Below are positions 56,184-64,000 of a DNA stretch of 64,000 nucleotides, one piece after another. The translations under genes and the position numbers were made by a program. The stretch is from Candidatus Chisholmbacteria bacterium (GTDB lineage Bacteria; Patescibacteriota; Microgenomatia; UBA1400; Chisholmbacteraceae): contig CAVPHZ010000002.1 in NCBI GenBank assembly GCA_963704905.1, forward strand, positions 428,905-492,904. Reading direction: 5' to 3'. Each line of letters starts with the position of its first letter. Position 1 is the first letter of the stretch. The notes below the pieces were generated by a model. That model had not been told where the DNA came from. It saw nothing but the letters and a program-made list of their open reading frames with translations, and searched no databases.

Positions 56184-58817
56184 TCAATTCACTACAAAAT
56201 TAACCAGTTTCCCTGGCACCCAAACAATGTTCTTGATCGGTTTTTTTTCAAGATAGCGTTTCACTCCCGGTAACTGCTTTGCTAAACCGATTATAGTTGT
56301 TCTCTTTCTAGCTTTTGCAGATGAAACGACCACCCGATCCCGGAGCTTGCCATTCACTTGAATAACGATCTCCACATTATGCTCGCGTAGGAGTGAGCGA
56401 TTATGTGTAGGCCAAGATTCAACATGAATTGAACGAAAACGCACAGATTTCTGAGAAGAAAGTTCTGCTCGCTTCAACGCTTGCCAGAGCTCTTCAGACA
56501 TATGAGGTGCAAATGGAGCCATAATTTTCAAAAACAAACCAGCATCATCATAAGAAATCGCCTCACCGAGCTCCCAAGAATTCACAAACTCCATCATGGC
56601 CGCAATAGCAGTGTTATATTTTAGTTTATCAAGATCTTCGCCAATTTTTTTAGTGGTACGGTGCAACTGTTCTTCAAGATTCTTATCACTTCTCCTACCG
56701 ATTTTCCCTTTACTCTCTTGATATAAACGCCACACCCTTCTCAAAAACCTACTCATTCCGTGAATACCAGAGTCCCTGAAATCTCCACCCCTGTCATATG
56801 GTCCTATAAACATAAGATACATTCGAAGCGTGTCCGCCCCATACTTCTTGATATAGTCATCAGGAACAACAATATTACCTCTGCTCTTGCTCATCTTTGC
56901 CCCTTCTTTAATGATCAATCCATGGCTGTATAAGAAAGGGAACGGCTCCTCAAATTCAAGCAAACCCCAATCATGCATCGCCATAGTTACAAAACGACTG
57001 TAAAGCAAGTGAAGCACCGCATGTTCGGCTCCGCCAATATACACATCAACCGGAAACCACTTCTTGGTAATGCGGGCATTCAATGGCTTCTCATGTCCTT
57101 TCCATTGATTCGTCTGCAAATTGGGATATGCCAGGAAATACCAAGCGCTATCCAAAAACGTATCAGATACATCAGTTTCTCGTTTAGCTCGTTCTCCACA
57201 CTTCGGACAATTCGTATACACCCACGAATCCGGAGCCTTCTCTAATGGTGCTTTCCCATCACCTGTCGGTTGAACATCTGCGTTTGACATTTCAGGTAAC
57301 TCAATCGGTAAGTTTTTCTCAGGTACCGGATACCACCCTGCCATCGTTTTGGAAACCTTTGCATTAAACGTTCTCCCTTTCTCAGCGCAAGAACCGCAAA
57401 AAACCATCGGAATAGGCGGTCCCCAATATCGCTGTCGACTTATAAGCCAATCTCGTAAGTGATATGAAAATGTGCGCTCTCCCCAACCGTTCTCTTCAAG
57501 ATGTTTCATTACCTTTTCCGTAGCAGTATGAATATCCATTCCATTCAGAAACCTTGAGTTCACCATAAATCCATCATCCTCTTGCACTTGATCCACCTTC
57601 TCAATTTCAGATGCATCCCCATCGCTCGCCACAACTACACGCTTCACCTCGAGATCAAATACCTTTGCAAACTCAAAATCGCGCCTATCGTGACCAGGGA
57701 CACCAACAACAGCTCCCGTTCCAACTTCCATCAACACAAAATCAGAAATCCAGATAGGCATCTCATAACCATTAAGCTGGTTGACTGCATATAGACCCGT
57801 AAATACTCCTGTTTTCTTCCGCTCTTCCTTCTTGCGCTGCTGCTCAGTCTTACGAAGTGCGGTACCAACATACGCCTTGATCTTCGAAATCATCTTAGTA
57901 TCAAGATCAAATTTTCCCTGAAGAATCTCCTCAATCAATGGATGCTCCGGAGCCAGCACCACAAAAGTGGCACCAAAATTCGTATCCGGGCGGGTAGTAA
58001 AACATCGGACGGTTCTCTTATGACCTTTTATTGGATAGACAATATCGATCCCTTGCTTGCGACCAATCCACTGCCGTTGTGCGATCTTAATTTTCTCTGG
58101 CCAACGCAACCCCTCGAGCTGTGGTTCATAATCCTTCCCTACCGGTCTATAGTACTTATTTTTGACTGTTGAGTTTCGAGTTAAATTATTTTGACCATCA
58201 ATATTGTTTAAAAGACGATCAGCATACTTAGTAATCTTAAAAAACCATTGCTCAGCTTCTTTTCGAGTTGTCTCAGTCTTGCAACGTTCACATACACCAC
58301 CTTCAACCTGCTCATCAGCGAGAACCGTTTTACAATGCGGACACCAATTCACCCAAGAGCTTTTTTGGACTGCTAATCCATTCTTGAACATCTGGATGAA
58401 CAGCCACTGCGTCCACTTGTAGTAGGCTGGATCATACGTCTCTAGCGAATGATCCCAAGAAAAACCATTCCCAATATCTCGAAGCTGCTGATAAAACCGC
58501 TTCTGACTAACATTTGCCTGCTCTGCTGGATGTTTTCCTATCTTGATCGCATAATTTTCGGAATGAATACCAAAGCCATCCAAACCAATCGGCTCAAAAA
58601 CGTTATATCCCTGCATCCGCTTATACCGCCCGTAAATATCTGCACCTGTAAAGGCGTACATATTCCCAACATGTAATCCTTCAGCAGATGGATAAGGAAA
58701 CATCATCAGGTTATAAAATGGTTTACCAGCCCGTGTCAGATTTGGCTGATAAATACCAGCCTTCTCCCACCGCTCTCGCCATTTCTTTTCGATTGCTTGA
58801 TGGTCGTATTCGCTCAT
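56184..58817 (-). CDS. leuS: leucyl-tRNA synthetase
   Basis: MSEYDHQAIEKKWRERWEKAGIYQ; HIGH-class motif (PYPSAEGLHVGNMYAFTGADIYGRYKRMQGYNV); KMSKS (GAKMSKSRGN). 877 aa. Confidence 0.9.
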   Translation of the reverse strand: MSEYDHQAIEKKWRERWEKAGIYQPNLTRAGKPFYNLMMFPYPSAEGLHVGNMYAFTGADIYGRYKRMQGYNVFEPIGLDGFGIHSENYAIKIGKHPAEQANVSQKRFYQQLRDIGNGFSWDHSLETYDPAYYKWTQWLFIQMFKNGLAVQKSSWVNWCPHCKTVLADEQVEGGVCERCKTETTRKEAEQWFFKITKYADRLLNNIDGQNNLTRNSTVKNKYYRPVGKDYEPQLEGLRWPEKIKIAQRQWIGRKQGIDIVYPIKGHKRTVRCFTTRPDTNFGATFVVLAPEHPLIEEILQGKFDLDTKMISKIKAYVGTALRKTEQQRKKEERKKTGVFTGLYAVNQLNGYEMPIWISDFVLMEVGTGAVVGVPGHDRRDFEFAKVFDLEVKRVVVASDGDASEIEKVDQVQEDDGFMVNSRFLNGMDIHTATEKVMKHLEENGWGERTFSYHLRDWLISRQRYWGPPIPMVFCGSCAEKGRTFNAKVSKTMAGWYPVPEKNLPIELPEMSNADVQPTGDGKAPLEKAPDSWVYTNCPKCGERAKRETDVSDTFLDSAWYFLAYPNLQTNQWKGHEKPLNARITKKWFPVDVYIGGAEHAVLHLLYSRFVTMAMHDWGLLEFEEPFPFLYSHGLIIKEGAKMSKSRGNIVVPDDYIKKYGADTLRMYLMFIGPYDRGGDFRDSGIHGMSRFLRRVWRLYQESKGKIGRRSDKNLEEQLHRTTKKIGEDLDKLKYNTAIAAMMEFVNSWELGEAISYDDAGLFLKIMAPFAPHMSEELWQALKRAELSSQKSVRFRSIHVESWPTHNRSLLREHNVEIVIQVNGKLRDRVVVSSAKARKRTTIIGLAKQLPGVKRYLEKKPIKNIVWVPGKLVNFVVN

Positions 58818-59128
58818 AGCCCGTATTTTACACGCACTTATATTCTCTATCTAGTGTAAACAGGGAGGGAAAAATGCTTAGAATCTACCAATTCGGGAAT
58901 GATATTGAGCACGTACTTTGGAATAACTACCGACTATTCGACGAGGTGTGTATCACGAAAAGTGAGATGAGATGATATGGACGAAGCGAAATCCTGAGAA
59001 AGTATAAAAAATCAGGCTTTCTTGATTACTTCTTTGTTTAGCCTGAGAAAAATCTTTTTGAAACCTGAACAAAGATGGAACATGCATTCTAGCACTCTCC
59101 CACAAGAAGCGTTCATTGAAAAAGTCTG

Positions 59129-61656
<2,528 letters not shown>

Positions 61657-61660
<4 letters not shown>

Positions 61661-63156
61661 GATTGTTGACCTCCTTCACTAGGCACAGCAACTTGCTGCT
61701 GGGCTTGACGAGGAATTAGTCGATCACGCTGATGTTTAACGTTCTCAATAAGTTCTGCAAATGTAGCTGACGATGTAACAAGAGTATGAATAACTGAGCG
61801 GTATTGTTGATCCGTGTTATAGAGTTGCAATACGGAGAGCGTCTGCTCTTTCATTTGTTGGAGATCGGAGTTTGACCAAACACCTGCCCACAGACCGGCA
61901 ATCAAAAGTGCACTCACTTCAAGGGGAACAATTCTATCCGGTGGTTGATCAAACAAAGCCAGAACCTGATTTCCGAGATCAATGGTTCGTTTAACTTGCT
62001 CACTCACTTCCCCACCAAAATGCATGAACTGGCGCATCTTATCATGACTAACTAAGAATATAGAGAGCTCTCGGGAAAGATCGCGCATAAGCGGGGTTTG
62101 TGTCTGGTGACCAACCCGGGTAACAGAAAGAAATGGATTAATAGGCGGTCTTCGACCCAAGTTGGCAAGTTCTCGATCAAAATACAGGTGTCCATCAGTC
62201 ATTGCCATGAGATTAGTCTGAATGTACCCCGACAAATCACCAAACACCGCTTCAGCTATCGGCAAACAAGTGATTGATCCAGTGTTAAAATTTCCAGCTC
62301 GCTCCATGAGTCTTGAGTGGATATAAAAAATATCACCCGGGTAAGAACTCCGACCTGGAAAACGTTTTGCCAGCAGTGAAATCTCTCGATAGGCCTTGGC
62401 ATGAATACTGAGATCATCAAGAATAATCAAAACATCTCTGCCTTGATCGCGAAAATACTCAGCCATAGTCATTGCCGAGTACGGGGTCAAAAAGATAAGA
62501 CCACTTGGGTCAGACGATGTTGAAGCGACAATAATGATCTTTTCTAAAATACCATTTCGTTGAAAAAAGTCTCTCAGACCGAGAACATCAACCTGACGTT
62601 TTGCGATGGCGCCATAAATGCAAACATATCCCTTCTTTGCCAATGCCAAGACCGACTGCATGACAAATTGGGTTTTGGAAGTTTTCCGATCACCAATCAC
62701 CAACTCACGCTGTCCAACGCCAAGCGGAACCACGGTGTCCACAAGCATCACACCAGTCTCAAGCGCCTCCCGCACATTCTCGCGTGCCATCATAGGTAAT
62801 GGCTGAATATCAATCGATCGCCGCTCGACCATGGATGAATCTCCGCTAAATTCTTCTATCCCCAAGGCAAGCGGATCCACAATCTTCCCCAACAAAACAT
62901 CGCTGACTGGAATCTGAAGCTGCTCATTCGTCCGTGTCACCCGTGTGCCCACTCGAAGCCGCTTCTTTGAAAAAAGAAGCACTTCAACGTGTCGTTTGGT
63001 AAGAGAGATCACCTCTCCCAATTCTCCAGTCTCAAACAAGACAACTTCCCTTGGCTTGGCATCCGGAAGTCCCTCAACATAGACGATTGATTGAAACACT
63101 TGCTCAACAGTTCCAATTTCTTGAGTTGTCTCGAGGTAATGCTGAAAATCTTTCAT
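61657..63156 (-). CDS. atpA: F1 ATP synthase alpha subunit
   Basis: P-loop GDRKTSKTQFVMQSVLA; 499 aa. Confidence 0.9.
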
Positions 63157-63174
63157 GGGAAGTCCTACGATTTC

Positions 63175-63648
63175 TTATTGGTTAAGTAGTTGTGCAATTT
63201 GCCCTTGTTCTTCATTGATGATGCGCTCAAGTTGCCTTCGCACCGAATAATCACGATATTCTCCCTCATGTATCATGATGACACCACCCAGAATTGATCG
63301 ATCATACTTGAGCTGAAAGACAACCTTTGCACCAACATTGGTCTTCACCCAAGTGGAAAGTCGTTGAAGCGAGGTCTCTGTAGGTTCAAAGGCAAGGGTT
63401 AATTCCATAACCGGAAGGTCTAAAACTGTTTCTTGAAGCTTCTCAAGAATTGCGTGCTTCTCTCCCGACTCTTTACGCAATATCTCCTCTATCTTCTGTG
63501 CAATGCGTGATCGAACTTGCGTTCGCAGAACATCCTCAAACGATTGCGCTGATTTCTTGTAAAGACTATGCAAAAGCAGCTCAATTTCATCAAGTAGCAT
63601 CTGTTTCTCATCAATAGTTTTTACGCTTGAAACAATCTCATCAAACAT
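63175..63648 (-). CDS. atpH: F1 ATP synthase delta (OSCP) subunit
   Basis: 157 aa; position between atpF and atpA; C-terminal ILGGVIMIHEGEYRDYSVRRQL OSCP-like end. Confidence 0.65.
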   Translation of the reverse strand: MFDEIVSSVKTIDEKQMLLDEIELLLHSLYKKSAQSFEDVLRTQVRSRIAQKIEEILRKESGEKHAILEKLQETVLDLPVMELTLAFEPTETSLQRLSTWVKTNVGAKVVFQLKYDRSILGGVIMIHEGEYRDYSVRRQLERIINEEQGQIAQLLNQ

Positions 63649-63676
63649 AATTCCAACACATGTTGATCATTGATCA

Positions 63677-64000
63677 TTAAAAAATATTCTCTTTCTTGGC
63701 CTCTTCAAGAGCCGCTATAACCTGATCCTCATGTTCTTCTCTGCTAAGAGCACGTCCGAGAACCTTCGCGCTGACATGCCGAACAATGTTCCCGATGGAA
63801 GCATCGACTCGTTTGTACTGCTGCTTGCGATACTCTTCCACCGCTTCTGCCACTTTCTTTCTCTCTGCCTCAACCGCACTCGCAGCCGAGCTCTGCAACG
63901 CTGCCAGTTGCTCCTGAAATGCGATCCGAAACGTCTGAATTTCCTCTGTGGTCGTACTAGAAAATTGCACCAACTCTGCTTTTACAGCCTCTTGATACGA
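63677..64000 (-). CDS. atpF: Fo ATP synthase b subunit, C-terminal part (gene continues past the window end)
   Basis: Open frame to the window edge; charged coiled-coil (AAEVAEEARKK-like, EAERKKVAEAVEEYRKQQYKRVDASIG). It sits directly upstream of atpH. Confidence 0.5.
   Translation of the reverse strand, partial: SYQEAVKAELVQFSSTTTEEIQTFRIAFQEQLAALQSSAASAVEAERKKVAEAVEEYRKQQYKRVDASIGNIVRHVSAKVLGRALSREEHEDQVIAALEEAKKENIF

Overview
Dense bacterial chromosomal window with small, tightly packed genes, most of them on the minus strand. Gene content and AT-rich intergenic regions are consistent with a small-genome lineage, possibly Patescibacteria/CPR-like; that placement is an inference. Well-supported calls, from classic motifs read in the ORF translations: F1Fo ATP synthase operon atpF(partial)-atpH-atpA-atpG-atpD-atpC (59.1-64.0 kb), leuS, argS, mreB, ndk, M16 peptidase, glgA with two tandem GH57 glycoside hydrolases, an SDR oxidoreductase, an inositol monophosphatase, a sugar-1-P nucleotidyltransferase, GT4 and GT26 glycosyltransferases, and a DNA-uptake set in which comEA sits beside a ComEC that is split across two genes. 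Two tRNAs, tRNA-Pro(CGG) and tRNA-Arg(CCT), flank a GT-C-like membrane protein. There are three consecutive type IV pilin-like genes. The most unusual region is 9.8-22.5 kb, all on the minus strand. It holds a 1218-aa Cys-rich secreted giant protein with a co-operonic membrane protein. Next to it is a tandem array of four paralogous single-pass membrane proteins. These share near-identical nucleotide blocks of about 0.25-0.9 kb in a mosaic pattern, including duplicated upstream regions and a conserved post-stop motif. The mosaic pattern suggests ongoing recombination or gene conversion in a surface-protein family of unknown function. Other oddities: a frameshifted Qng1/DUF2419 queuosine-salvage homolog, a nucleoside-deoxyribosyltransferase-like domain fused to an RHH DNA-binding domain, an OmpR-type winged-helix regulator with no receiver domain heading a glycosylation cluster, a HerA/TraD-superfamily ATPase next to the tRNAs, and a FabH-like condensing enzyme with non-canonical motifs. 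No CRISPR array, rRNA, transposase or integrase was recognised.
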